Shown piece by piece: positions 1 through 13,210 of a DNA stretch of 64,000 nt (its first letter is position 1; each line of letters opens with the position of its first letter). The translations under genes and the position numbers were made by a program. This DNA comes from Basidiobolus meristosporus CBS 931.73 (Eukaryota > Fungi > Basidiobolomycota): positions 27,854 to 91,853 of the forward strand of contig MCFE01000340.1 in assembly GCA_002104905.1 (NCBI GenBank), given 5' to 3'. Under the pieces are notes generated by a model. That model made no database searches and was not told where the DNA came from. It was given only the letters and a program-made list of their open reading frames with translations.

Positions 1-149
1 CTGCTGGCATTTTTCACTGAAATTTTCAAGAGTAAATATCTCTGGACTCAGTGAGCTGACTGTTCCCAAGTTTGACCTGAGGATTACTCAGGCACAAAAA
101 CTTCAAAGGCATTTGTTTACTTGTCCTCAGCAAGGCTAGAGCTTTTATT

Positions 150-420
150 ATTGAAAGTTATAACTTTGAGACAAATTGGACTTCAGCTGGTATTGTGCTG
201 TCAGTGTGCTGGTCTTTGGTGATTTTTTTAGTGAATTACTTAGTGTGGGTCCAGAAAACCTTCAAGTATTGTTTTTTACACATTTCTGCAACGTATAAAT
301 ACCATACTTTGACACAGTAAACCAAAAGCTTGGCATATTTCAGGTCTTCTAGTTCTCCAACTCACCTCCGATATTCCTCAAATCTTGCAACGAGGTTCAT
401 GCAGTGTGCAAGTATGAACA
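150..420 (-). pseudogene. Possible decayed hAT-type DNA transposase fragment
   Basis: Minus-strand translation gives 'ILAHCMNLVA' (resembles the hAT CxAHxLNL motif) and, further on, 'IPAEVQFVS' (resembles the PxxTRFxS motif with CGA>CAA). The frames carry stops and the DNA is CpG-poor. Motif resemblance only. Confidence 0.3.
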
Positions 421-1297
421 TTCAAGTTCCGTTGCCAAGTGTATCAAGTGCCAGTGATTGACTTGAGAATCTGGGACGTATCAAGCATGAGGTAGATACC
501 CAATACAACCACGACACAGTATACCGGAATACAATCCAACGTTAGCCCAGCCTTGAACACCACCGTTGTTCTGTGCACAAAATCTCAACATATCATTGCG
601 TAAGTGGGTTGGCTGGCGTTTCCGAACTCGAAAAATACAGGAAGATCTTCGGATTGCTTTGGTGAATTTTTTGGATTCAAAAAAGGACAATCTTCGTTGA
701 AATAGTGGCAACCGTTAATGTCAATGCACGTCAACTACTCATCAAGTGCTCCGCAATTTTCTAGGTGACCTACCACTGGACGAACGCCATGGATACCGGA
801 ACTACTTTGCATAGGAACCTCTCGCAAACAAAGATGAAAATTTTCACCCAATAAAAATTCTGATCGATGCCTAACCATGGCCCCTATGATGCTGCACTGG
901 CTCATATTATTGACAAACACTGGTCAAAAACAATCCACTGATTGTGATAGATTCTTTCAAAATACAAAGATCTTGACAATTTCAATCCTATTTACTGTAC
1001 ACAGTCTAATTGTAGTATTCGTTATTGAGCAAAGCTCGAGCCAGACTTTTTTGTAGCGACAACGAGGAGAGCCCTATCTGAGCGACACGTCTCCAACATA
1101 TCTGACACGTGTAACCACAACGGTTTTGTTTTATGTTTAATGTTCGGGCATAGAGAGGATTTAGCTCGACGAGAAGGTATGAGGCAGTGATGTAGTCCCC
1201 GCACAAGATATCTTGCTTGTCACGGCCAGCTGCGTCTAGCTAGACAGGCTTGGTTTGAAGTGGTGTCACTGATGCACTAGACTTTAGGTGTTTCCAG

Positions 1298-4200
1298 TAA
1301 AAAGAAAAGGTCCGCAGAAACCCCACCAGGCTCAGAAAAGACACCTAGAAGCCAGGAGAAGGGAAGAAATTTTGCGGCGATCCTTAGCGCGTTGTCCCCA
1401 TCGAAGAGAAGTCTTTTCGAGAAGCGAGGTGTCATACGTTCCGCGCAAAAGATCCCTTTCCCGGAGTCCTTTGGGCAGAGTGAAAAATCCACCCCAAAAA
1501 AGAAGAAGAGAAGGAACACAGAGCCCAGTGTAGGTAAGGAGGCATTCTGTTTGTTGGGCCGTTTGTTCAAAGTGCAGAATATCAACCAACTCTAGAATCA
1601 AGTATAGGCATCCCCGTAACACCTCTCAATGTTGACGAAAATGCCAGCTGCCGGGAAAGGAATAAGCTCCACTGTAGAAAAAGGGATACTATAGAGAAAG
1701 GTAGCAACACCCAAGGGAGCAATAAGTGTGTAAGCGCAGGTAGTACCTCTACTGTCTACCAAGCCACTACAATCGACACATCAAAAGCAGCAAACGATTT
1801 TAGCATCTCTAAGAAACCCTTGTTCAAAACCGGACGTACGAAAAAGCCAAGTGGTGATACTATACCGATGATGAATGGCGGAAAGCCATCCAATCCTTCT
1901 CAAGCTCGAACTCCGACAACACTTACCGCCCCCGTAGGTCACACTGAGGTGGAATCGGGTAGAAAGAAGACGCTTTTCGAGAGTTTCAAGGGGAAAAAGG
2001 TCGTCCAAATGGGCCCTAGCACCAATGAAAGCATCGAGAGCTCTCTAGTGGAAGCTGTTGACAAGGCTAGCCAGATTTCTGTGAACTCTTCCCCTCTGGA
2101 TCTCAAGAGCAAAGATTTTTGCCATACACGCTCGGAGGAAACGCGAGTCCCTGCCAATACTCCGTCCCAAGAGCCGAAAAAGAAAAGGAGAAAGAAGAAA
2201 AAGAAAAAGAACGGTTAGCCTTTATGGTACATGTACAATCACCTTATTCTTACTAATGCATATCTCAGTTGAGAATTCGAACGGCGCGCCTACACTTCCT
2301 GAGAGTCGCGGCTCTCAAACTACCATGGAGGTCACATCAAGTACGTTAGAGGCTGAAGCTGTCCCTGAAACCACATCCTTGGACATCCTTTCTGAAAAGA
2401 GTAATCTTGGCATCGACGACAGCGCGTTGCTTGCTGAAACACAGAGCCAAGAGGTCATTCCTGAAACGGATTCGCATACATTTAGCGGCAAACCGGCCAC
2501 CGAAGAGACCTTGGAGCAAAGTTTTCCACCGAAAACACTGGAAGAGCGTGGGGAACAATCCAAAGATTCCGAATTGATCCATTCGACACCCAACTCGTTG
2601 TTCAATTCGGTGACTAGACTCTCCGCAACCTTTGACAACGATCATAACGAAGCCGCAATCGCCTCATCTCACACTCCCCTTCTGCACTCCAACACACCCT
2701 TCTCATTTGGTTCCCCAGCGACAGCAAAGAAAAGTGCAGATTCTTTAATGATGGAAAGCGACTGGTCGATCAACCCCATTCCTGAAGCGTTACCAGGAGA
2801 AAGCCCTTCTTACAGACGTGAAGCGGGCGGTGATTCTTGTTCTACGCCAGTCATCGAGTCCGGCTCTCACGCAGTCCCTTCATCACCTGTCCATTCACCA
2901 GTCTGCGATGCCGGGCTTCAGCCTCAACGTCTGCCGATCAAAGAAGAAAGCCCCCAGCACACGAAAGTAGAGCACCATTCGTTTCCCCTGACCGAATTTC
3001 CGGATCTTGAGTTGTTCCGTAAGGCTACATATGTTCTGGACAAATTGTTCCCCAGGTCCATAAGTAGAGCGTTCATCTCATCGGAGGGCACAACCCATCT
3101 TTACAGACCAGTGCCGGATGGTCTGACTCTCGCCAGCATAGATCGGAAGCTTTGGTCCGGAAGATACGATTCGTTCGAACAGTTCGTGCAAGATCTGGGG
3201 TGGATCTCGGAGATGGTCAAGATCAACTACGATGACACTGATGAGATCTACTTCATCTCTCAAGATTTCATCGACTATTGCGAGAGCATTGCGAAGGATA
3301 TGCGGGGATGTCCTTCCGAGACACTTGCGGCGTTGCAGAAACGAGAGGTGTCCCCGTTCGAGGTGCAGGATCTGGTGGATGCAAAGAGAAATCACAAGTG
3401 CAGCCCAGACAGCACCTTCTACATCGTGAAGCTCGCCACCCCTGCCGAGATAGAGCGCAGCAGTCTTGAGCTATTGGAAAAAGAAACCTTTGCTGCGGTT
3501 CATTGTCCGGTGTTTGATAGTTTTGGAAGTACTGCAGATGTGCTATCGAACCCTGAGAGCACCCTGCTTCCTACAGTTCTGAGGATATTTGTATCATACA
3601 ATCGCACGGTGTTGGAGATGGCCAGAGATGAGGTTGACGGATACCTGCTGGTGTTTTCCAATGTCAGGGGAAGCAAGGTTCCGACCAAAGGGCGCATTCG
3701 ACTGCAGGCAGATTGTTTTGTCACCAAACCCATTGGGAAACGGCATGACATCGAGGATGTAGACATCTTGCAATGCCTAGACTCCATGAAATCCTGGATC
3801 AAGGTGGCGGTAGTCAAAGCATTCAAGTTCGATGCTGAGGTGCCTAATAAATTTCGTTCCGCGCATCTTAGTAAAACATTTCGGCCCGTGAAGTTCGACC
3901 CACGGACTATGGAGGAAGGCCAATTGGCGCGGGTAATTATGGAAGCGGAGAACTACTGGGACCCGAAGGTAGTGGAGCAGCACCTCGCAGAGATGCATAG
4001 GGTGCCCGCTGATGTTGTAGAAAGGCATTCCACAATGGTAAATCGTATGGCGACTACTGCAGGGAACAACATCACCAAAAATCTGGTGAAGGATGACCCT
4101 GACGAGATTCAATCCATCCCCTCCGGGAATGCCACCGGGCTACTGAAAGACATCACGATCACAGAAGACTCTGACGCAGACTTGCACATCCCGGAGTCTC

Positions 4201-5602
4201 CCCTTGCAACTACTACGTCGCACAAGTACATTGTTGGTCCCAGCGCGATGGCCGGCGAGGATACCGAGCTAGACGAATACTTTGAGGAGCGTGTTTCGTG
4301 TAGTATCTCTGATGACTCAGTATCCCATCCAGAAACCCACGCTCAGCAGATTATGCGCGGTGCATCCCAATCAGATCATGCGGACAGTGAATTTGTGTTC
4401 GAAACTCAATACGACGACAGCATCCGGACGCTCCGCGAGCTACCGGTCGAGGAGATTCAAATCTGCAACGAAAGCCTATTGCCGTGCGAGGCGAGCGGCA
4501 TCTATTCCAAGCTTAGGGAAATCGGCCTTGAGCTCGGGGTTGAAATCAACAATGTCAAGGCCGTATTGCCACAAAGCTTATCGCAGAATCCAGTTGTTGG
4601 CCAGTTCAAGAAAGTCCACATAAGCACTAGTGACCCGTCAACAGTAGTCCAGCTATACAAAGACGTCGGGGAGGAGTTTATGGAAAGCCGCCTGATGGAG
4701 TTGGTGTGTCTGTTGAAGCTGCGAGGCATGAAGCGGGTTGGGGAAATTCTTTCGATCCTCGAGAGCGAAAGTGGCAGCCCAGTCGGGCTGACTATGACCC
4801 GCTATCAAAAGACCTTGAAGGAGTATCTGCACGTTCGCCACAAGATCTCTTCTCACCAAAAGTACAAGCTGATGCGTGATATGATCGCCGCAGTCAAGAT
4901 CCTGCACGAGCATGGTATATCTCATCGGGACTTGTCGGAGGTCAATGTGATGGTAAATGAAGTTGATGGCGTTTACCTGAAGGACGGGACGCTTCGACCC
5001 AAAGTCATCCTTATTGATTACGGAAAAGCGCGGCTTACGCAGAAAGAAGAGATTCAAAAATGGTATCTTAGGGCGCTACCGCCTGACGAAGAGGAGCTTT
5101 TGCCGCGAATCAGGACCGTTCCCGATCACGGGTACAAGCGCTACAGGTAACGTATTATCCCTGGAGACGATACCCAACATAGATTGATCCTTTTGTGTGT
5201 AGATCGATCAACACTCTGCCGAGAAGCAAGAAAGACTGGGACATCTTGCCACACAGCATCAACCCCTTTGCTGAAGATATCTACTCGCTCGGGATACTGC
5301 TGTGGCGGACCTTTACCCAGCAAAATCCATGGGCGGGGGTTTTTGACGACGACATCAAGGGACTCCGACACATCGTCGGGGATACCGTGCGGCTCCGTGC
5401 TGAGATCTGCAAAGCTATCCCTGGCCAGAAATGCCGGGAGCTCTTGTTTGGGTGTCTTACTGTCGATGATGCTGATCGCTGGGACATCAACCAACTTTCG
5501 GAATGGATCTGGAACAAGGAGAATAGGATGCAATTGATCTCCGAGTTCGACCAAGACTTCAGTGGCAGGCACTCCATCCGCAGATCTATGGCAAGGGTGT
5601 AG
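1298..5602 (+). CDS. Large protein: Lys/Ser-rich N-terminus, bromodomain-like segment and C-terminal protein kinase-like domain; 5' start not resolved
   Basis: Exons 1298-1533, 1596-2213, 2269-5146 and 5203-5602 join in frame across GT-AG introns 1534-1595, 2214-2268 and 5147-5202. Kinase motifs HRDLSEVNVM, IDYG and EDIYSLG are present. 'LASIDRKLWSGRYDSFEQFVQDL' resembles bromodomain helices. Confidence 0.85.
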
Positions 5603-5965
5603 CGTAGGCCGTCTAGTCCAAATCCCCCGTGTGCCTTGCCCTCCAGGGCTGCCCTTCGTTTAGAGTCCCGTGTAGATTTCGCTGTATCTATTTATTGTTT
5701 CTTTTACCAAACCTCCAACGCTGATATACCATATGAAAAGCCTGACCTTGTAGCTAGCCCCAAAAATAGACTAATAAATGCTGTCCATTCGACAGCTGGG
5801 CACGTCCGTATCGACACCAACAGCAGATTCCACGACCAAGGGTATGCGAAGTCTTTATTAGGAGTAAATAACAGAGGGCTCGGGTGGCGCCTCGATAGAT
5901 GCGATTCACAAATGTTGCTGCAACGGCGGACTAAACATTATCCAAGTTTGATGCTCAGGTACGCG

Positions 5966-8900
5966 TCACGCTGCTGTGAGCCTGGTCGTTATCGCGGGCT
6001 TTGCCTGAGCAGTTTTCCCCATGGGAGTCAATTCCGTATCGGTTGGGCCCGTTGTCCCACTGTTAGCGGGGAGGGTGGGGGTGTCCGCTGCGGTTGCGCT
6101 GCTACCACGATCAGCTTCCTTTTGGGAAGAGGCCCACTCCATGCTGATGGCTATGAATCTACGCTCAAACGAATAGTGCTCTAGGTGGATGAATATATTA
6201 GTGTGTGATGGACAGGTCTCACGCATACATGTAGCCTTACCTGACAAAAACCTTATTGGATAATGCGCAGCGAACGAGGTCAGTGTAAGTTGATGGCAGC
6301 ATGATAACGAAGACGCTTACCTCGATAGCTCGGCCCAACCACCTCCGACCCGCACCATGACCATTTTGGTGATCAATAGTCGGCAGTAACAAAGCTTTGG
6401 ATAGATTTCGCCAATCCAATAATGACCTTTCTCGTTCGCCCGGATTACTTTGATGCTTATCGGGCAGCTGTTGACGACCCTTCCAATTTCCACATCAAGA
6501 GGGTCTTTCGGGTCAGAAGCGTAGGCGTTAGGTGAGCTCGACATCATCTTCGTAGGTATGGGAGGCAACGGGCTTTGGGTATCGGGGCAAGCTTGCAGGG
6601 TTTTTTTGATTTGGCTAAGGCTGGGTGCAAGAAGTGATGGGGGTGCGGTGCCTGCTGGTCTACGAAGCCACTTGAAAGATTGGTTTGCAGCAGACATCTT
6701 CGATAGCGAGGCCTTCGTGGGCCTCATGTAGCTCCCAGTAACAGGGCTGGTTGGCCGCCAGGTAGACTTCGAATCAGTTAATTTGAACTGCCAGGTGATG
6801 TGTGGCGACATCGACCTTGATCGGGTTGGTAACCGCTTGCCAGTGGCGACTGAAGACAAACCGGTTCTTGGACTTTTCCTTTTCATCAGATCTTCCAGCT
6901 CCAGTAGTCGTGTGGTAATGAGAATCTTCATCTCCTCCCACTGCTCTGGTAAGATCTCCAGTCTTTCCTGAATATCCCAGTCATCCATCCCTTCGGCTAA
7001 CGAGATGGCCTTCTCGATTTCCAATGGGATGCTTTGGGAAAGCATATTGTAGGAGGATTCTAGTTCCTTTAAGGCTGCATGAGTTGCCTCCCTCCCTTCG
7101 GGGTTCTGCTCGATCAAGTCTAGTGAAGAGCCCATCGCATTGTCGATTCTATTGACCAGTTCATGGAACTCCTGGGCGCGCTCAAATTTTCCTTTCAGCT
7201 GAGCCAGAGATGCCTGAAGCGACTTAGCTCGCACTTCCACGGTCTTCCGCTCACTCTGAAGCTTTTCGTCTACTTCGCTGGAAGTGCCAAATAAGCCATC
7301 GAATTGTTTGAATCTTTCCATGATGGTCTTGGTAAGAGTGGACTCCGCTTTTTTGAGTTCGCCCTCTACATCGACTGATACATCATCGTTCTTCTTGATC
7401 GTATCGATCTTACGGTCGAGGACATCGAGTTGACTGCATATGGATCCCAATATCTCCTTACCCAAAGCATTCCTCAGTTCATATGGGGCCAGGTCCAACT
7501 TGGCCAGCCTTGCTTGAATGGAGGAGTAGCGTTGCTTGAGCGAGGGAAGGTTCGGATGAAGGTTCTTTGACAAAGAGGACCAGTGCGGATGCTCAATGAA
7601 ATCAACCCCAGAGCGGCATTTCTCTTGCTCTTGCTCTATATGTTTCTCTTCTTGATGCAGATCGATTTCAGCTACTCCCAACAGTCGCTCTAACCGAGTC
7701 TCGACGGCGCTCAGGGTTTTCTCCGCTACCCGGAGTTGTTGATGCCATTGGACATGGAGACGCAGCAGTTCTGCCTCTTTTTTCATTCCATTATACATCT
7801 TAGAAAGGCTGGTCCATTCAGACTCGATGCTGTCCTGAGTTTGGCCGATCTTATCCGCACTGTCTGGTGACTGCGCCAAGATCGTGAAGTAATATTCGCG
7901 CAGATGGTCATAGCGGGCAGTATGCCCCCGAAGGCTTAATTCCAGGTCCAAGTAAGCTTGAGCGAAGTGCTCGAGCTGCAATTCGTCATCGGGGTACGAC
8001 TCGCCCTTTATGACGTTGAATGTGTTTCGAGCACTCGCTATTTCTTGGTGGCGGCTCACCAGTGCGCATCGGAAGTCCTCGGCGTCATCAAGATACACCG
8101 CCATGAGCCTGGAGTTTTTCATGCTGGCCAAGAATGCGGCCAGGTCCACTTTAATCCGACCCAACATGGCCTCGGCGGCCGCGTTCTCTCGCTGTAGAAA
8201 GTCCGTATGCTCTGGTGAGCAATGCTCTCGCGCAGCAGCAAACGCACTGCTCGTTTCTTGCTCCACCTCATCGAGCTTCTCCCGCCAATTCAGCACAGTC
8301 TCGTTGGCAATCATGATCGGATCAGCCGACTCGATCTCGCTATGGATCCCTCCAAGCACTGAAGACAAATTCTGGGTGGCGACTACAAAACGCAAGTACA
8401 TGAGTTTCGATTGCAACCTAGACGTGACGCTGGCGGAGAGCTCTTTCAGGCTGTCCCATAATATATCCAGCTCCCGACCGGAATGAATCATAGCTTGCAA
8501 CTCAGTAGAGGAGTCTGGGCTCTTGGAATATTTTTCATACTCAACGCGAAGTGTGTCGAGGGCGAGAAGCATGACGTGTCTCTCTGAGATGTCACTATTT
8601 ATCTGTAGAGTATCTTTCAATTGTGCCTCCAAAGAAGCAACACCATCAGAAATGTCTTCGGTGCTTAATAGGTGCATTGTTTCGCCAATCCATACGGTCA
8701 AATCGTGGTAGAGCTCCAAGTATTCATCATGTATTCTGTCTCTATGTAAAAGATCACGCTTCTGGGTAAACTCGGCGGAAATGGAACGTCTGGATTGCAC
8801 AAGGACTTCGTATTGAGAGATGGCTGCCTGTAGTGCCTCTAAGCTGGATTTCTCGATATCTCCGCCAGCTAGAAATGCCTCCATTTCTGGAATGATGCGG

Positions 8901-11900
8901 ACCTGGCTACCCAACTCCTCTAAACCCTTTTCCAGTAGCTTGAGTTTCGATTCTATAGTGGTGTTACCACTTTCGCTATACACCACCAGGCTATCTAGTA
9001 GATCTCTGACCTCATCTATGCTGGCCTTCAGGTTCTTTGCCATACTGAACACCTCCACAACCGACGCTGATTGCAGTATCAGAAGTGTCCCTCGTTCCAT
9101 TGTGCTACGTAGGCTTTCGTATTTTGCCAGGGCTCTATCCCGCTCCTCCAGTATGCGAGTCCTCTTCTCTGCAATGCTTGTATGAGGACTGCTTTGTAAC
9201 AAGTCGATGACCGTTGCAATGGATCGGGAATGCCCGATGATATATTTCTTCTTAATATCAGTCAGCTGCTGATCCAATGCCTCGTACTTGGCTTGTAGTA
9301 GGGAAACATCACTCAAAGCGGGCGACCATTTGGCTTCGCGGATTAGCTGCACAATCTCAGCATTCTTGTCATCAAGTAGAGCATTCAGTATTTTCAGACC
9401 GTTCTCCATGGGAAGAACCTCACCCAAGATCCCTAGTAACTCCGAATTGTTTCTTAGATTCCTACGAAGATTAGATACACGTAACTGAATATCCTCGAAG
9501 TCAGCTACGATCCTATCCATATCTTCAGGCCTTTCTTCATCCGGTAGGCAGTCCAGAGAATTCTTGATATAGGCCAGGTGATCCAGCTCTTTCTTTTCGA
9601 ATTGCTCAAGGTTCAAATCACCTTCCTTTAATTTGAGCAGAAGCGAATCTACGCGTGACTGAGTCGTTAGCTCATTAAATTGGGTCGTCACCGAGTCGCA
9701 CACCTGTTCAACCCCAGTGATAATGACCTTGGCTGCTCCGGCCTGACACCACCACTGGTTTGAGTTGCTTTCCTTCAAGGACTCAATCAGATAATTTCTG
9801 GTGTATTCATACGTATCTTCAAGCTCGGCAAGTCTCTTGGCGTAAACATCATCATCGGAATTGAACAGCTCTCCAAACTCCAGGCTCAAATGCTCAATCT
9901 GCTGCTTAAATGTAAGCAGCTGGGACTCTGCTTCATTACGAAGTTCTTCTTGATCCACTATCTTTTTAGCTAGTAGTCCAATATCACTCATCTTCATCTC
10001 AAGCTTGTCAGCTAGCTTCCCAAACTCAAAGCCTCTCGATATCATCCTAACCTCCTTTTTTCGTCGCTCCAGGCTCTCTTGGACCTCTATCCACGAGCCC
10101 AATAGTACCTGGTGGATATTTTCGATGATAATCCGTATTCCAGAACTACTCTCCCCAAGCCGCTCGGTGGTTTGCATCTCGAACGAAGCCCAGGTGGCAT
10201 CTTTAAATGTAGAAATCTCTCTTTCGAGCTGGCCAATCTCCTGATGCAACTCGTCATGCTGCCTCGGGGTACATGAGAGGCCATGCGCCAATATTCTGGA
10301 AGAAAGTGTCGAGCGCAGCCTTTCCAGGACGTTTTCAATATCCTTTGCTGTGTCTTGCCAGCGAGTTGGCGTTCCTTTATTGTTCAGCTCCCCCCGCTTC
10401 TGCTCGTAGATAAGCTCGCTTTCTTTCAGGCTCTCCTCAAGCTGCGCATGCCGCTCTTGAGCAAGCTGGATATCCATGGCTTTCGCATAAATGATGGCCA
10501 TATCTTGAAACTTCTTTCGAAGCAAACGCAACCCATTTCCGGTTTGGGCCATGGCATGTTCGGCGCTCTCTTCATCCCAGCTGTCAATGTCTGCCTTAAT
10601 GGAGACAAGCTTGCTCTGCATGAGCTTTTCGATTTGAAGGTACTTGAACAGTTCTTCGAATCTCTGGATCTCATTGTTGAGCACGTTTAGCCGATCCTGC
10701 CACTTTTGCACCAAACTTTCTGCTGTACTCAACTTGCTTGGGATGTCGCACGCATCCGTCTTTCCTGGAAAATTAGATGGGCTAAGAAGTGCAGAGAGTT
10801 CGGATTCCATAGCTTTTAAAGAATTAAATGAGCTTTTCAGTAGTGCCTTTTGCTCGGACAACACTGTTTTGTACTTCCCGAAATCAAGTGCGCACGATAG
10901 TAGATTTGCCTCTACCTCAGCGATGCTGGCAGCCCCCTCTTCAAGCTTCGCTGTTGCCTCATCTAGTCGACTCAGAAGATCCTCGGTCGACTTGTCTTGC
11001 TTGAGCTGTAGGCTCTCCTCCGTGATAAGCGTCTTTGCAGATAACAAGGAGCAATTTAGAGACTCTTGGGCTGAATGAAGGTACGCTGGGCAATGCGTAG
11101 GCATCTCTTCCACAATCAGTATGATGGAATGCTCCAATTCTTCTAAATCGTGGCTAACACTTGATAGCAACGATGAACGCTCTCTTCGCGGTGTGTCAGC
11201 TTGGCGCATCGCTCTGAGCCTATGGATATCGCTTGTCAACTCATCGATTGCCTTTTCGAACACGCTGATTTCTTCTATCTTGTCAACAATGGCCTGGTGA
11301 TCTTTGCAGGCACAGCTAAGTTCCGAAATCGCCCGGCGAAGCTCTTCATACTCGGCTACCACTCTCTCAGATTGCTCTTTTACTTGGCTTCTGTAGACCT
11401 CTTCACATGTGTCGCCTTCAGCGGTTGATTTCTCTGCCATGGACACGAATTGCCGAACGTCTTGAGCTAGTTCGGCAGCAACACTCTCACTAGAAGTTAA
11501 CGTCACCCAATAGTCCCCAAGAGTGAGCCGACCCAATTCTGTCTTCAAGTCTGGTATTGCGGGGAGAGCTTTCAAAGATTGCTGGGCCTTTGAGATAAGC
11601 CTATCGCCCACAACCAAGGGGTCTTCTGTGTGGCGCTCGTGTTTCTTTTGAGCTCTGTCGATGCTGGACTCTGTGTGAGCTGCCACCAAAATGGTCTGTG
11701 ACTGCAGATCCTTGTGTTTTCTTGCAAAGATGGTATAGAACTGAGACACATAGGTCATGATCGACCTTTCATCCGGCAGCTTTACACACAAGAGATCTTC
11801 CGCATCCAGCAAAAGCGGGATGCCCATACTCTCGTGGGCAATTAAGAAGGCTTCGTTGAGTATGCCCTCCCATTCTTCACGACCTTTCTCGGCCCGGATC

Positions 11901-12688
11901 CGTACCAACTTCGGGTGAGCAATCGAGTTGGGGTCATGGCGATGAATTAGAGTGGAAAAGGCGACGCCATCCTTCCAGGATTCATGAAAATCCTCTACCC
12001 GGGGTCCAATTTCGCCATAGTTGGCGAGTTGGCTTTGAACCCACCGCATAAGCAGATCTTTGGTATCCATTCTGGCGGCGTTCTGCACCTGTTGATGAAT
12101 GGGTTAGTAAGGTTAACCGCACGACACCATCACTACTGAATGAATCCCAGTTCCCCTTACATTTTCTACATCTCCAGTACAGTGGCCGAATCCAGTTTCC
12201 GCTGGGTTAATCGGTCTCTCGTCGGCGATTTGCTGAATTTGAAATTTGAGAATTAACTGCCAAATAAGTTCAAGTAGGTGGGTGATATTCCCCTCTTCAA
12301 TATCCTTGCTGTTCAAGCAGGAAAGTGGCTCCCCCAACGTCTTTTCTAAAAAAAGTAGAGCGGTCTCTACGTTGGAACGGCCTTGGGTGGGGGAAGATAC
12401 ATCCTCAACCTTGGGAAGTGGCTGCTTAGAGAGAACCTCCAACAGCTTGAGCAAGCGTTCCCCGTCTCTAAAGCCCGTCTCTATTGAGGCAATATGGTCC
12501 TCTTTCAATGCTAGCTGGAAATTGATCCATTTGGTGAACGTTTTTCTTTGAATCTCCTCATACGTGGAGCTGAGAGTCAGGAGTTTGTCCGAGAATTTCG
12601 GCGGGGCACAATGAGTTTTCGTGCCGAGAGGTGGATTGGTGGATAGGCAAAATGAAGAAACGCTTCCTCTAAGTGTGGTCTGGGACAT
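5966..12688 (-). CDS. Spectraplakin-like cytolinker: two calponin-homology domains, a long helical/spectrin-like rod and a C-terminal GAR (GAS2) domain, about 2170 aa
   Basis: CH1 'EEIQRKTFTKWIN...LIWQLILKFQI', CH2 'LMRWVQ...FHESWKDGVAFSTLIH...PDERSIMTYVSQF', GAR 'CYCRLL...VMVRVGGGWAELSRFLSEH'. Exons 12688-12161, 12088-6321, 6251-6241 (11 nt) and 6180-5966 splice in frame. Confidence 0.9.
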
Positions 12689-13210
12689 GGAAACGCTCGG
12701 TTGAGGTCTTTATTTGAAAATATATGCACAGCGGTCAGACAAATTAGAAATAGTATAAGGTATAAAGGAAGAAATCTACAAGGGAAAACTATGGTCGCCT
12801 CTAACAAGAACCCACTTAACCCTCCAGCCAGCTTCAAAGTCGAGCTCTTGATAGAGACGGCGGCCTCCTTGTTCCCATCCATCCAATAAGGGAGTGGTCA
12901 TTGCTATTCAAGAATTTAATTCATTAACCAGCATGCATGAATATGACTGCATCTTTCCATATGAATGCCATGCTAAATTGGTTCAATCCGCACAACAATC
13001 AAAACTCAGAATGCTGCGAATCCACTCTCCTGCTTCCCCCTATACATCTGGATTTCCTCACCCGAATGACTTGACATGGATCTTCATATCACGAAGAATT
13101 CGCACCATTGAATCAATCCTAAGTACTGCATGTAGCAGAAATTGATCCAATTTATTCCGCTTTGGTCGGCGCGCCATTCCGGAATATTAACTCCCCGAAA
13201 AATTCGCGCC

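Noticed and set aside
5636-6184. 182-aa plus-strand ORF as a separate gene
   Set aside because: It is antisense to the last exon and 3' UTR of the cytolinker gene and has no recognisable motif.
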